DNA of 63,955 nucleotides, counting the filler, from Reclinomonas americana ATCC 50394 (Eukaryota): NCBI GenBank assembly GCA_048213135.1. It is 6 parts of 5 records of this genome, joined end to end, with 100 filler letters (N's around TTAATTAATTAA, not from the genome) between each part and the next. Parts side by side here need not be neighbours in the genome. Positions count along the whole stretch, not along the records: positions 1 to 14,608 come from PS015440.1; positions 14,709 to 43,561 come from PS015441.1; 4 more parts are not named here. One strand, given 5' to 3'. The position numbers and the translations under genes are program-made. This document shows, one piece after another, positions 13,020 through 26,600 of this stretch (positions are counted from its first letter, which is position 1; the number at the start of each line of letters is the position of its first letter). The notes beneath the pieces are model-generated. The model was not told the DNA's origin, made no database searches, and worked only from the letters and a program-made list of their open reading frames with translations.

Positions 13020-13475
13020 ACGGGAACTGGCATGCAGAATGCAGTGTGGATTGTGCAGCCTGACCTTTCTTTGCGTGCGCGCGCGTACACACAGGTTGTC
13101 TTGTGAATGCAGCACGGGAATGCAGCCTGGCACGAATGCATGCAGGGAATGGAGTGGGAAGGATGCAGGCCGGCTTTGATACGCTGGATGGCAGTCTTGC
13201 ACGAGCGCTTGCACGCTTCTTTCTTTTGCAGGTGTACATGCACTGCTTGTGTTGCCAGTGCAGCTCGAGTTGCTCCCGGGCACGAATGCATGCAGGGAAA
13301 GGAGTGGGATGGATGCAGCCCAGCTTTGACGCACTATTTTCGTGCAGCTTCACAAGTGCACGCGTGGATTGCAGTCTTGCATGAGCGCTTACATATGCTC
13401 CTTTCTTTTGCACGTGCACATACACACAGGCTGCAGCCTAGCACGAGTGCTAATGCAAATGCAGCCTGGCAATGA
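13020..13475. repeat. Degenerate TGCA-rich tandem repeat (~150-nt unit, 2-3 copies) between convergent genes
   Basis: GCACGAATGCATGCAGGGAA.GGAGTGGGA.GGATGCAG occurs at ~13130 and ~13280. GCAGTCTTGCA.GAGCGCTT...TTTCTTTTGCA occurs at ~13191 and ~13371. Confidence 0.7.
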
Positions 13476-13623
13476 TACTCTCCCTCCGAGCAGCACACAT
13501 AGATCGCACCCTGACACGTTCACCTGCACGCGCTCCTTTCCCATATACGTCCCACGAGCGCATACACTGGTCGTCGTCCTTGCAGCATCACACATTGCGC
13601 CTGCACACACACACACACAGAGA

Positions 13624-14199
13624 CTACTTCTCGTCGAGATTGATGGAGGAGCCGAACTTGCCATACAGGACGGCCTTGAGTCGCGTGGTGGTGGCGCTAA
13701 TGGTCTCCACCTCAGCCTCCTTTCTCGTCAACTGAGACAACACACAATGAACGTTTTGGTGTGGGTGACAAGCGCGCACACACAAACACACGCAACGTCC
13801 TCCTTTAGTGAGGCGCCCAACTCGGTGAGCATGCTCTCTGCCTGATCCGAGGTCACCTTGACAAAGCCGTCGCCCATGGCAATCCTTGTGTGACAGTGTG
13901 TGTGTGAGCAACACTCAGGTTGTCTCTCTCACACACATGTGCGTACCTCACATCGTCGCACAGCATGGCCTCGTCCACTGCATTGTCGATCTTGGTGATC
14001 TCAGCCTGCACCGCAAGAGAGCGCTGTGAGGAGCGCGCGCGTGAGTGTGTGCAAGAGCGCGTGTATGTGTGACCTTCAGCGCATTGATCTCTCCATCCAG
14101 CTGCTTCAACCGCGTGGTCAACCGACCAAACGTGTTGATGTTGCGCTGATCCTCTGCGGTGACCTCTTGCGCCTGAGCCGGTGCCGTCGCCGTCGCCAT
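13624..14199 (-). CDS. PFDN4: Prefoldin subunit 4
   Basis: EVTAEDQRNINTFGRL...LKAVLYGKFGSSINLD, with three GT-AG introns. Confidence 0.93.
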
Positions 14200-14260
14200 T
14201 TGAAGTGCGTGTGAGTGGAATGCCAATGGATCAAAAGTCACTTTCACCTCACACAACACA

Positions 14261-14608
14261 ATGCGCGGTCGTGGAGGTGGCTTTGGCGGTGGCGGTGGAC
14301 GAGGTGGCTTTGGCGGTGGCGGACGCGGTGGAGGCTTTGGCGGTGGACGCGGTGGTGGCGGCTTTGGGGGTGGACGTGGAGGCGGTGCGATGTGCATGTT
14401 TCGGCCATGTCGCGTGTGTGTGTGTGTACTCACTGTGCGCGTTGAGCAGGTCGTGGTGGTGGTGGCGGCTATGGTGGTGGCGGTGGCTATGGTGGCGGTG
14501 GTGGAGGCTGGAGGGACGAGGGTCCACCAGAGGAAGTCATTGGTGCGATGCAATCAACCTTGACTCTCTTTGCATGTGAGGTCGCTCACTGTCACGCGCA
14601 CACAGCGG
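14261..14608 (+). CDS. GAR1: H/ACA snoRNP subunit GAR1 (5' part, truncated at scaffold end)
   Basis: An RGG-box N-terminus followed by DEGPPEEVI, the start of the GAR1 core. Confidence 0.8.
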
Positions 14609-14708
14609 NNNNNNNNNNNNNNNNNNNNNNNNNNNNNNNNNNNNNNNNNNNNTTAATTAATTAANNNNNNNNNNNNNNNNNNNNNNNNNNNNNNNNNNNN
14701 NNNNNNNN
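14609..14708. other. Artificial scaffold spacer (N44-TTAATTAATTAA-N44)
   Basis: The six-frame stop linker is at 14653-14664. Identical linkers lie at 43606-43617, 56397-56408, 58695-58706 and 62673-62684. Confidence 0.97.
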
Positions 14709-14761
14709 TCGTTTTGGCCAGGGTTCTGCTTTTCTAACCGAGAGACATTATTTTTTTGCAG

Positions 14762-17649
14762 CACGCGCCGGCCAGTTCGCCACGCACGACCCCCACCAAG
14801 GCTGCGGGAAAGTCGGTTCTGTCGCCCACGTCGCCCACGTCACCCTCGGTGGCGGCCGCGGCAGCGGTAACCGCGGCGGCCACGGCTGCTGCGAAGCGAT
14901 CACGAGCACTGGTACTCTCGTCCGAGTCGCCAGCCAAGGGCACGTCTGCTCGTGGCGCCTCGAAGCCCTCGTCGCTTGCCGCCCAGTCGTCGCGTTATGT
15001 GGCACCGCCACGGCCACCACCGCCACGGCCACCACCACCGCCTCCTTCGTCGACATCGCCGTCGCCGTCGTCGCCGTCGTCGGCAGCAGAGGATGCGGCC
15101 AGGCTTGCTGCCTTAGCAGCGCGTCGGCCGCAGTTTTTGTATGACGACACCGCGCCGAGCAAGTACACGATGGTGCAGCCGCGTGGAGTGGCTGGCGATC
15201 CCAGTTCGAAAATGTACTACTCGCGCAAGGACAAGAGCCTCGGCACTTTGTGTGCACGGTGAGACGGCCGCCTGGGTGGCGTGCCACTCCTGTCGTTGCT
15301 CACACGCTCCCTGTTTTATTTCTGTTCTCCAGGTTTATCGGACACTATGGGCCCATGTTGGACCACGACATCTGCATTGATCGTGCAGCCACGATTCTTG
15401 GTGGGTGGTTCTCCCGCAGTTGTATCCGTTTCTTGTTCAGTTTGCTCACTTACTGCATAGGCGTTGAGCGGCGTCGAATCTATGACATTGTGAACGTGCT
15501 CGAGAGTATCGAAGTGGTGGTACGGATCGCGAAGAACAGCTACCGATGGAAGGGCTTGAGTGGCGTTGCTGGTGTGCTTCGGCGAATGGAGGTGTGTGGT
15601 GCTCTTTGATGCACTGCATTCCACAAAATACTCATTGTGCACGATGCCGTGCAGGATGAGGCGCAAGGCATGACGGATGCGGATTTCTTGGTGGCTGGTA
15701 CGAGCAGCACACGTGCGCGCGACATGGACTCCAAGGCCGCGGTGTGTGGCAAGCCAGGCGGCAAGTTGCGTGGTATGCACACGTCATGTCGCCTCCACAT
15801 TGCTAAAGTGCTGGAGGGGGCGGTCACAGTGAGGGTACAGATGGGACCAATGCCACGTTGTCGACAGCCGAGCCGCAACCAGTTCCGCCCATTTACTTAC
15901 ACCAGCATCACACGTGTGATGCTTGACACTGACCTGTGTGCACGCCTGCGCAGATATTCATGTCACCGGCGGTTGCTGGAGGTGCTGCTGCTGCTTCAGG
16001 GCCCTCGATCACGGTGCTCATGGCGTCGTCATCCTCGTCATCTGCGTCATCTGCGTCACCGTTTGCACCACTGGTCGCGGCGGCGAGCATGGCAGCGGCG
16101 AGCGAAGAGGAGCACGATTTTGACGTGCAGTCTGCGATCGGCGATGATGGAGATGGCCGACAGGGTGGTCGGGAAAAGTCACTGGGTTTGCTCAGCCGTC
16201 GCTTCATTCAATTGTTCTTGACGATGCCGCCGGCGAGGGTGCGTGCGTGCTTGAATGCGTAATCTATTCCACCGCCTGTGCTCATCATTGTCGTGCTCCA
16301 GAGGCGACCTCTCTCGCTCGACGTCATTGCACAGAAGCTGCTGGGCACACCCGTCAACCCCACGACCCAGGAGAAGCAATGTTGCGGTGTACCTTGTACG
16401 TGTCTGTTCACGACAGGCACTCACCCGTGTGCCACAGCCGCCAGCAAGATCCGCCGTCTCTACGATATTGCCAATGTCTTGTGCGCGGTCGTGATCATTC
16501 AGAAGACACACATTGACGGTGACGGAAGGAAACCGGGGTTTAGCTACTGCTTTCAGGAGCAGTATCTGCGTGCGTCATTCTTCCCCCCTCCGTGTCCAGC
16601 CAGTACTTTCTCTCACCCACCATTGCGTGTGCAGGTGATCCGCGTGAGCTTGCCGACATGGTGCTGGAGCGATTCGGGTTGATGTCCGCAAGCCGCAAGT
16701 CGCAGACGGCGCTGTCGTCCACCGGAGCGCCTGTTGGTGAGCTATCGCTTTGTGGATGATGGTGGCATGGAATAATGACACTCATTTTTTTCCTGTGATG
16801 ATGCAGTCAAACAGCAGGCATCTCCGGGACTCACCAGTGCGGTGGCTGCTGTTGCAGGTTCGGTAGTCGTTTGCCTGTTCCAAAGACAGAGTGCGCTGTG
16901 ATGCTCATGTCGGTTGAATACAGGCCTTCCCATGACCGGCGGGTTCATGCTCACACAACTCCTGGCGTCGTTGCCGCAACACAATGGTGGCAGTGCGTCA
17001 CTGCCGGCTGCTGCAGCGGCGGCCGCTGCGGCCGCCGTCATGTCGGCGGCTCGAAATTCCGTGGCGAGCACAACGACGACGACGACGACGACGACGACTG
17101 CCGCCACCTTCACGCAGCCGTCAGTGCCGCCTAATGCACTTGCACTGCTCGGGCCCTCCATTGCTGCTGCTGCGGCGGCGGCATCTGTGGCTGCGCGCCA
17201 GTCTACCACCAGTATGGCTCCACCCATGTCATCAACACAGCCGCTGCAATTGCAGACGCCGGCAGGTGTGTGTGCGTGTGTGCTTGACGTGGAGCACGTC
17301 TGTGTTGTGTGGGTGTCTCACCATTCGTCACAGCAGCTGACAATGCGGCACAACTGCGCGCCTACTTGGAGGCGCTTGCATCGTGGAATGAGCGTTGCGT
17401 TTGTCTCGTTGATGCCATGCGATCGAGTTCACGAAAGGAATGACACTGGTGGGTCGTGGTGCAGACTACAAGCGCGTTGTGCAGAGCAATAATGCAGCAA
17501 CAGCTCCCACTATTGCTGTTGCGTCGCCCAGCCTGCCAGCAGCTCTCCCTCCACCACCGCCACCACCACCACCACCACCACCACCACCACCACCGCCGCC
17601 GCCGCCGCCGCCGCCAGCACTAGATAGCGGCTACCCATATGCGAGATAG
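14762..17649 (+). CDS. Atypical E2F transcription factor with two DNA-binding domains (E2F7/8/DEL-like), 5'-partial
   Basis: DBD1 YSRKDKSLGTLCARF...GVERRRIYDIVNVLESI...YRWKG and DBD2 REKSLGLLSRRFIQLFL...KIRRLYDIANVL. Ala/Thr/Pro low-complexity tail. Confidence 0.9.
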
Positions 17650-17672
17650 TAGTCAATTTACAATATCATTAA

Positions 17673-20600
17673 TTATGTTCTAGGTGACCTGTGGCGTCGC
17701 CGGCGATGCGTGTGCGAACGAGAGCTCACACTTGTGCTCGCATCGTCCGACGGAGTCACGATAATGTTTTCTTCAGAGGCACGCGGGAAGGTGATGAGCT
17801 CGGTTCTCGCGGCCGTCGAGAGCTGCCGCGGAAAGGAAACGGAAGAATGAGAAACAAAAAGTCGGCGCCTCGCTGTGCTGTGCGTGCTCTTCGTACGTAC
17901 CTCGAGGAAGTTGTGCACGCGCCCTCGCTTCTTCTCGTCGCGCGTAAAGGCCACCCGCACCAGCTCGCCAGTGGACTGCGTGCGGAAGTACACAAAGGCC
18001 TGCTGGCCAGTGGCCCGCAGTCGGAGCATTTCGTCGTTCGTGAGGCACGGTTGGTCGTCGGCTGTGAGCAGGTGAGAAATGAGAGAGGGGAAGGGGGGTT
18101 GTACATGTGGCAGAACGGCAGGACGCACTGTGTGGCAGCTGCTGCGTGGAGTCGGCTATCGCTGCGTGCTTGGCTGGCACGTGGAAGAAAGTTGACCGAA
18201 TGGCTTGCCGCGTCTTGCGGCCCTTGTAGGCGGCCTGAATGTATGTGGCGGCAAAGTACTCGCCACAAAAGTATCGCGGACTCGGCAGACTCTGAAGTGA
18301 GGGGAAGGCGCGTTTCCAGATGCGCTCGTGATGTCGCCGTGTCCTCTCCGGCAGAATGATCTTGAAGACCTTGCGGGCCAGTGGGATCAGCGTCTCTACA
18401 AAGTGGATGACGCCGCCGCGGTCGGGAATGTCGAGCGACACCATCTTTCGGATGACAAGTGCGCGGCCGACATCCTTCTCCAGACCCAGTGGCTCGCCGA
18501 GTTCCGCCAACAGTGCTTTAAGTTGGCACTGAAGATCGGAACTCAATCAGCGCACTGCGATACAGACGGAGATTGGTCGCAAGGCTGCTGTTGCACGTAC
18601 CGTGGGAATCAAGTGGGTGGCTCCAGGATCAAACTTGGCCCACACCTCGATGAATCTAGTGACGACGCGAGTGCAAGATATAAGTACACGAGGAGGGGAG
18701 CAGTGAATGTGAAAACTGGTGCATTAATGGGGAGTGGGACACACCGGAACAAGTCGTCGGATTTCAGAGGGCTCTCCTCGATGCGCATGGTGTTGTAGAA
18801 CTCGTCGAGAATGACAGCAATGAACAGATTGGTCATCACAAACGAGCCGATCAGCATGAATGTGACGAAAATGAGCCAGGCCCACGAGGTTCCACAGTTG
18901 CCCTGCACACCACAATGGTGAGAATGCAATTGATGGGAAAAGCTCGCGACAGCAACGCCAACGAAACCAGATCATTGCTGCACGTCGGTGGTTCCACCAT
19001 GCAGTCACGCATGATGCCGTTCCAGTTTTCACCAGTACTCATGCGCAGCAGCGTAAGCATGGCCACTCCAAAGGTCTGCAGGGGTGCATGCGGTGAGACG
19101 TCGTGTGGCACATGTACCGACAGCTTCGCAGACGCAACTGAGAAATTCGCGTGCTCACTGAGTGCAGCGCCATCCTTCACGTTCCAGAACAGGTTCACGC
19201 ACAGTACGGCGTACATGAAGAACAAGAGGAACAGGAAGGTGCCGACGTTGAACAGGGACGGAATGGCGTAGTAGATGGTCTGGCAGTGAGGCACAACACA
19301 TTGAGAGAGTGAATGGTCGGTCAGCAGTCGCGCACAGAAGATCTCCTCTACGCACCTGCAACAACAGCCGCACACTCTTGGCGCTCTTGAGGAGACGCAA
19401 GATGCGCACAAGGCGGAAACTGCGGAACACTCGCAGAATCGACGGCTGCAGTGCTGCTGTGGTGAGCATCTCGGCCAGCAGGCCGAACCACGACAAGGCC
19501 AGAATGATGAAATCAAACGTGTTCCACGGGTCGCGGAAGTACCTGTTGAGGGGTGAGTGAGAGGCAGCACACACATGTTATGTCAGTGCAGGTGTGCAGG
19601 AAACGCACCCACGCGGCGAGTTGCCAATCATCTTGAGTGCCGCTTCGACGGTGAAGATGACGGTAAAGATGAGATTCACCATTTCCAGAGCCTTGTCGTA
19701 CGAGTCGGGGGATGGATAGTGCTCGGTCATCATGGCGATAATGTTCAGTACCAGCAAGACCGTGACCTGCGTGGCAAGAAAAAATAAGCGTACCACATCG
19801 GTAGCAGAGGGTGATGCGTGGCGTAATTGCTTACTCAACAATGGCTTCAAACACGACCGAGCTGACGATGCGATAACAGAAGAGGCGGATTGGGTTTTTC
19901 GGTGGCTGTGGTCGGAAGATTGGTTTGAAGTGCATAAGCACTCGCTCTGTTTCCTGCCACTCTTGCTGGGCCTGTGTACAGACACACATGCACAACAATA
20001 AGAGAGGGGAGCGACACAGCAAACTGTGTGCGTCCGTGATCGAACCGGTGTCAAGAACAGTAAGCCATCTAAATCGGATTTGACGCGGTTGAAGTTCCGG
20101 ATGATGACTCCGACCAGCAGATTCATGACAAAGAAGGCACCAACGACAATGAAGCCCACGTAGTACAGTCCCATGTACGGTCGATTGTTGAGTTGTGGAG
20201 CCACGCCGACGCCTGTAAGCACACGCATGAGAAGCATGAATGGCACTCAAACGGTACCTGCCAGCAAGACTCACCGACTGAATCAATGCCGCGGTACATG
20301 TGCAGAGGCCAGCCCTCCAGTGTTGACAACTCAAACAGCACTATGCCATGCAATATCAGCGAGTGAAGGGTATAAGAGAAGAGTTAGCACGTTGCGGCAC
20401 ACCGAGGATAGCGTTGAGAATGTTGTCAAAGTTGCCGTTGTCGGACACCCACAGTCGTGTGGCTACCAGCCCGTCGCTGTCGATAAAAGTTCCCACGCAC
20501 GCCTGCGAGGGGATTCATTGTCAGCAACATCTACCGGCACTGATTGTGATGTACGGCACCACACGCACATTCAAGGTCGTGATGTCGGGATCGGTGCACT

Positions 20601-23600
20601 GGTAAAAGGTGCCGGCAAAGAACTGCACGCCCACAATGCCAAACAGCAAGTAGATGATACCGGCCACGATCACGACATGCCCAATGTACGGGATTGCACC
20701 GAGAAGCGAAACCACCACGATGCGAAGACCTTTGGATCGCGACAGCACACGCAGAGGTCGAATGACTTGGAATAGACGGAGCTAGTCAAAGGCCAGCAAC
20801 ATGTTGAGCACATGGCGACAGTATGAATCGAATGTGCAAAAACAATACTTTCTTCGTACCGACTTCAGAGAACTGATGGCCGATGAGCTGGCCACCTCCG
20901 TAATCACCGACACGATGAGGATGAAAAAGTCAAGCACATTCCACGGTTGGCGTAGATATGTAGTCTGTGTGTGGCCTGTTAGCAAGCAGTTCACCACACC
21001 TTTGCATGTATCTGTAGAGATTGTGTGGTAGTAACCTTGCCCGACACAAAGCCGAGGGTGATGATCTTCGCCACAGCCTCCACAGCAAAAATGACAAAAG
21101 TCACTTCGTTGAGTATCTGCAGAACTACGTACCGCTGTGGCAAACAACATTCAGAATGCATGCCATCCAGCTGCAGACCACCGTTGCACGTAACAGTGGA
21201 GGTAATGGACAGATTCGGATGGTCGATGGCGAGACTGGCGCTGCTGACCAGAATCGCCATGACCACAATGAACTCGAACAGTTTCGAGAATGTCAGTCGG
21301 CCAGCAAGGATGCGAATCAAGTTGTCCTTGCTCAAGAAGCCCAGTGACAATTCTGCGACCGGGGAAATAGCGTAAGGTGAGTTTCTCAGTGCTTTTCTCT
21401 TCCCAGCATAGACATTGTGTGAAGCGCGGTGACCTTCCAAGTTGGCGAACTCTTTCGGCCTGCGATATAACCATCATGGGTGTAAGTTTCAACAAACGTC
21501 GCTGGAGCAACTTGTTTCATGCGGCGGCCGACGCAACGCTCGTGAGCCGTTCTCGCCCACCTCCAAGCAACAGAATGTGTCCACACATCGACGACTGCAA
21601 TCACATCCGTGAGTTAGCTACAACGAACGATACATCGCGTGCCACAACTGCACATACTTGGAGCGCAGGGCATCGACACTCGGTCCACGAATGAGGAGGC
21701 CGTCGACCTTCTGCTTGAGGTCGCTCGGCAAACTGCCCTCGTGCTGCAATTGTTGCGAGATGGCCCGCACATTGACGACGGCCGATTCTGAGGGCGACGT
21801 TGACAAGGCAACAGAACTGCTGCGACTGCTGCGACGATCGACCGGCGGTGGTGGCGGCGGCGGGCTCTTGCGAGCAACACTGGAGGCTGATGAGCCCGCA
21901 TCTTGTGACAGTCGAGAGTGTGGAGATCGATCTGCAGCACTGCTGCCTGCTTCGCTGTCTTTGCCGGATGGCTTGCCTGTCACAGGCGCGTCAGGAACGG
22001 ATCGCGGTGACGAAAACTATGGGTGGAGAGACGGGCGCAACTCTTGCTGGCCTTTCGCGTGCCTGGTGATCGCAGTTTGCTGAGCTGCTGCTGAATCCAC
22101 TCTGTGGACTTGTTCGCAGGATCGTTGTCTTGCACAAACATGGACCGTATGCCGCCGGTATGCTGGCGGCCCTCCCCCTCGCCAGCATCGTCTTCGTCGT
22201 CAGACCAGCCGACGGTGTCGGATTCGCCACTGCCCGCGCTCTTCTCTTCGTTGTCGTCCTGATCTCCATGTCGTTTGTGAGTGCACGCGCACAAACAACT
22301 GCGTGGATGCCAGTCAGTCAATCAGCATGTTAGGAAACTGAAAAATTGAGCAAAGCTACACACCCACACCACCGCGGTCTGGCGTGCTGTTGTGCTTCTT
22401 GGACCTTGAGGTAGCCGAGAACCGGGTCGAACTCATCCGCTGGCGACTCGGTCGAGTCGTCTGAAGACTGCATTGCACTCGAGTGGTGAGTATGTGAGCA
22501 CAAAATGAAGAAGCTTGCGTGCGTACCTCTGACTCATCAAAGAGGGCACCGACAGAGCCCTCGGAGGACATCTCATCGGAGAGATGTGAACGGGCATCGG
22601 CATCTGCATCGCCCTCATGATTGTGAGAAAAGTCGAGTGTGAGAGATCTTGTGATGCACATGTACGCACCAGAATGAGCCGATGCGGCCTGAGCTAATCG
22701 CATGCTGCGTCCGCGAGGCAGATCGCTCGTCAGGCCACGCTGACTTCGCCAGCTGGAGTTGTGCAACACTTCTTCCACGTCGCCGGCTGCTGCCAACAGT
22801 CGCTGACGCGAGAGGCTGCGTAGAGGTGCACCGGCCGATACTGCAACACAGGTGGTGTGTGAGTATTTTGCAGCAGACTCCCCTCGCGATAGATCTATAC
22901 CTGTTGACAGTGAGTTGTCAGAACTGGGTGCCACAGCTGGCGAACGCCGCCGCTTCTTTTGCGGCTTGATCGAGAATCCTTTCTTGCCGAGCACCGATTG
23001 CTTTCGCATGCGGAACAACAGCGCAGCCGGGTGGATGCTATCACCGCTCACTGCACAACAGGTAATGGTTGGATTGATGATTGATTGCTGCATGTGCGCG
23101 CAATCGACGTAACTTGTCTGCAGATGTGGCACTGCACCGGGGGTGGCAGTGACTTCTGGAGTGCTCTTGCCCTCCACAGTGACTTCTGGAGGCGGTTTCT
23201 GCAGTCACGGGTAAAGGCGATGATGAGCTCATTGCGCAGTCTGTTTCGTTCGATGGGCAGCAGCAGCGGACGCACCTCAGCCTCGGCATCCTGATTCTCT
23301 TTGGTGGCATCGATCTGGGAGTCTGTGCTCGATTGTTTAGCGACAAAGGGAGAAAGACAGACAGACAGAGAGAGAGAGAGAGAGAGAGAGTTTGACGACG
23401 ATCCGCACCGTTTACATGCGAGATAAAAGAGAAGCGCAGCTGCGGAGCTTGAAGGAAAATCAACGAATCCTCAGTACTGCACGATGAATCGGTGCTGTCT
23501 TGTTCACCGTTGTCGTTTTCGCCCTTGCCCTTCCGAGCCTCCTCCTGCACATGACGCGCAGGCAAGTGAGTCGAAGCTTGCGTGCTCAGCACGTGCGACT

Positions 23601-26600
23601 ACACAGCAAACCCTCTTCTCCTTCTTCTTCTGGCGCTCGTCAAAGCTTCGGATGAGAATGGCGAGGAACAGGTTGAGAAGAATGACTGCGATGAGCCGGA
23701 GGAAGTTAAGGAGGTCAGACCAGCACGGCAAATCGACAATAACAGGCAGCAATCAAAAAAGGATACAGTTGCCAAAGACCACCACCGACACAAAGAAAAT
23801 GGACGAGACGACGCCGGCTGCATTCATGCCCTTGGTGAGAACATCGTTCCAGTTCTCGCTGGTGATGAGCTGGAACACCGTCAACGAGGCCCACACAAAA
23901 TCATTGAAGCTGGCCCGGTTGCTGCTGACATTGGGGTCCATGCTGGTGCCAAAGACCTGCATGCCTGCGCGTGTGCATGCCAGAGAGAGTCAGCAATTAA
24001 CACATCACCACGATATAGACTAAATTTGAGTAGCTGCCACGTACCGATCAGAGCAATGACGAACAAGAACAGCAAGATGACCAAGCTGAGGTAGCCAATG
24101 TTGATAATGGCCTTGGTGATGATTTTCATGACACCATTCAGACGAGTGGCACTCCTGCGGATTGATAATACAGCAGCACGCGTCAGCTCGGGGAGACAGC
24201 GGTGCATCAGGAAACAGTGCTCAACTTGAACAACTTGAAGATACGAAGCACGCGGAGTGAGCGCAACACGGAGAAACCGAATGTCCCTCCATCCGGGGAC
24301 GTGATGGAGAGATCAATAATGCTGACGATGACAACCACACCTATTGCGCCAGTCAACACGAGGGGTAAAAAATGACAATGAGCGCTCTTGCAGCAGACGT
24401 ACCATCAAAGATGTTGAAGGTGTAATTCAGATAGTCTCGTACTCCCATGGCGTACACCTTGAGCACCATCTCACAGACGAAAAACACAGTAAAGGTCACG
24501 TCGCCGGCATCTGTTCGGCGTAGTGAGCGCTCAGTGTACACACATGAGCACGCCGCATGTTGTTGTCTGTCACACTCACCGAGAATGGACTTGAGTATCT
24601 TCGGCATGTTGTAGTATTGCAAGGCGAGAGCAAGAGTGTTGAGGAGAATGACGGCAAGTACCGTGCGCCCGAACCACTTGTTGGCCACAAAGCGCATAGT
24701 TAGCGCTCGAGAGGCAGTCCAGAAGCGCCGCAGTAGACCGGCGGTTGGCTGCTGCAGGGGCGTCGCAGGTCGTCGAGCAGAAACGGGCGGCTCGTCATCC
24801 AAATTTGTCGGCGTCACCGCCACACGCACGCTGCGAGTACGCGGCCTCTCGTCCGCATCAGCCACAGCACTCTGTGGGGCTACGACCTGGCTCAGCGACT
24901 CCAGCGACTCCTGCGACGCACGTCTCTCGAGCTTGTCGCCGACGCCATCCAGCGATTCACACACATCCATGTCCTCCAAGTCGGAGTCGTCTTCGTACTC
25001 GTCACGTTGTCGGCGACACTGCGCAGCATCGTGACAAGACAGAGAGTCAGACTGTTAGAAGAAGCAAGGGCGAACGGCAAGGTGTGGATGGATGGACGCA
25101 CACGACCGACGCATGCCGAGATGAACTCGGCAGTCTTGTCGTAGATGCGCACAACACAGTTACGGGGTCGTCGACCACGGTCGAATTCTCCTCTGGCACC
25201 ACCATTGTTGCGCCCGCTGTCGCCTTGTGCGTTGTCACCGAGAAGGTTATTCCTGCTGGCGTCGAGATCACGCAGACTGATCTTGTGAATGACAAAACCG
25301 GGAATGCTGCGCACGACGCATCAGTGATTAACAGGTTGCAGAAGGCGTGACAACGACGACATGCATCCGCACCCTGTGGCGTCCGACGCCACGCTCATCT
25401 CGCTCCTATGTGAAATGTAAGTGATGCGATACAAAGCAACCAGAGTACGAGTTGCGCTTACGACGGACCCTCGGCGCGCGCTGTGTATCTGACTCGCATT
25501 GCTGGCCTCCCGAGTCATGAAACTGTGCTGCGAGCCCATCATGTGTGAACGCGAAAGCGCCGCACTGCGATGCCGATTGTAGAGGGTACTGTGGCGGTAC
25601 GCAATAAGACCAGTCAGCACATCGCAAGGACATGTGCAAAAAGAACTAATGTATCTGTATGACGAACTTCATGCGTAGCCGTTTCTGTTTCTCGTCGATT
25701 CGCGTCTGATTGCGCAGGAACCTGTCGTTGATGACAGCCAGAGCCAAGTTGAGGATGAAGAATGCACCGAAAATCACGACCACGATGAAATAGATGCAGG
25801 CGTATGGATTCCAAGCGTCTTGCGTCTGCGCACGTTAAGATACGACGTGAGATCGTGACACAATGTGCTGCGCCACTGCGTGTTTGATTGCCAACGCAAC
25901 AGCATACATCACGTCGGACCAGCCCTCGAGAGTGATGCACTGGAAGATGGTCAGCACGGCCCAGCCGAGGTTGTCAAAATTGGTGTACCCTGAGTTCGGA
26001 GCGATGCCGACCGAGATGCACGTGTGGCCACCGGGACACGCGTAGCCGGTGCCGTCCACGCTGCACAGTTGATCGACTCCGAACAGGTTGCCTGTGCGTA
26101 AAGAGCATGCGTTGTGAGCTGTGGTGCACCGCCACGCGGAAGGGAATATACCAGAATGGGCGCCAGGGACGCACCATTCGCATCCACGCATCGGTACTGC
26201 AGCATGCCTTTCCACAACTGCACGGCCAGCGTGCCAAAGATGACAAAGAACAGGCACGCAAGTCCAAGCACATGGACGAGTCGAGGCAGCGATAGCAGGA
26301 TGGAGGACACAATCACTTTCAGCCCTGCAATGCCAAAAACAAAGAGAGCGTGAGAGGACTGCGACGATACCCCCAAAAAAACGTGGGCACACATCATCGT
26401 GCACCTGGAATGGTGGTAATGGTGCGCAGTGGGCGCAGTACACGAAGTGTGCGCAACACGGTGAACGACCCAATGCCCGGCAGCTGGCCAATCCAGCCCA
26501 CCGCCACAATGGAAAAGTCCATAATGTTCCACCCGTTTCGCAGATACGCGCCAGGGTGTGCCACAAATCCGAGAACCGACACCTAATCATCGCAAACTCA

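Noticed and set aside
14653..14664. TTAATTAATTAA palindrome repeated five times (possible piggyBac site, telomere or regulatory motif)
   Set aside because: It is always centred in exactly 44+44 Ns, so it is an artificial contig linker.
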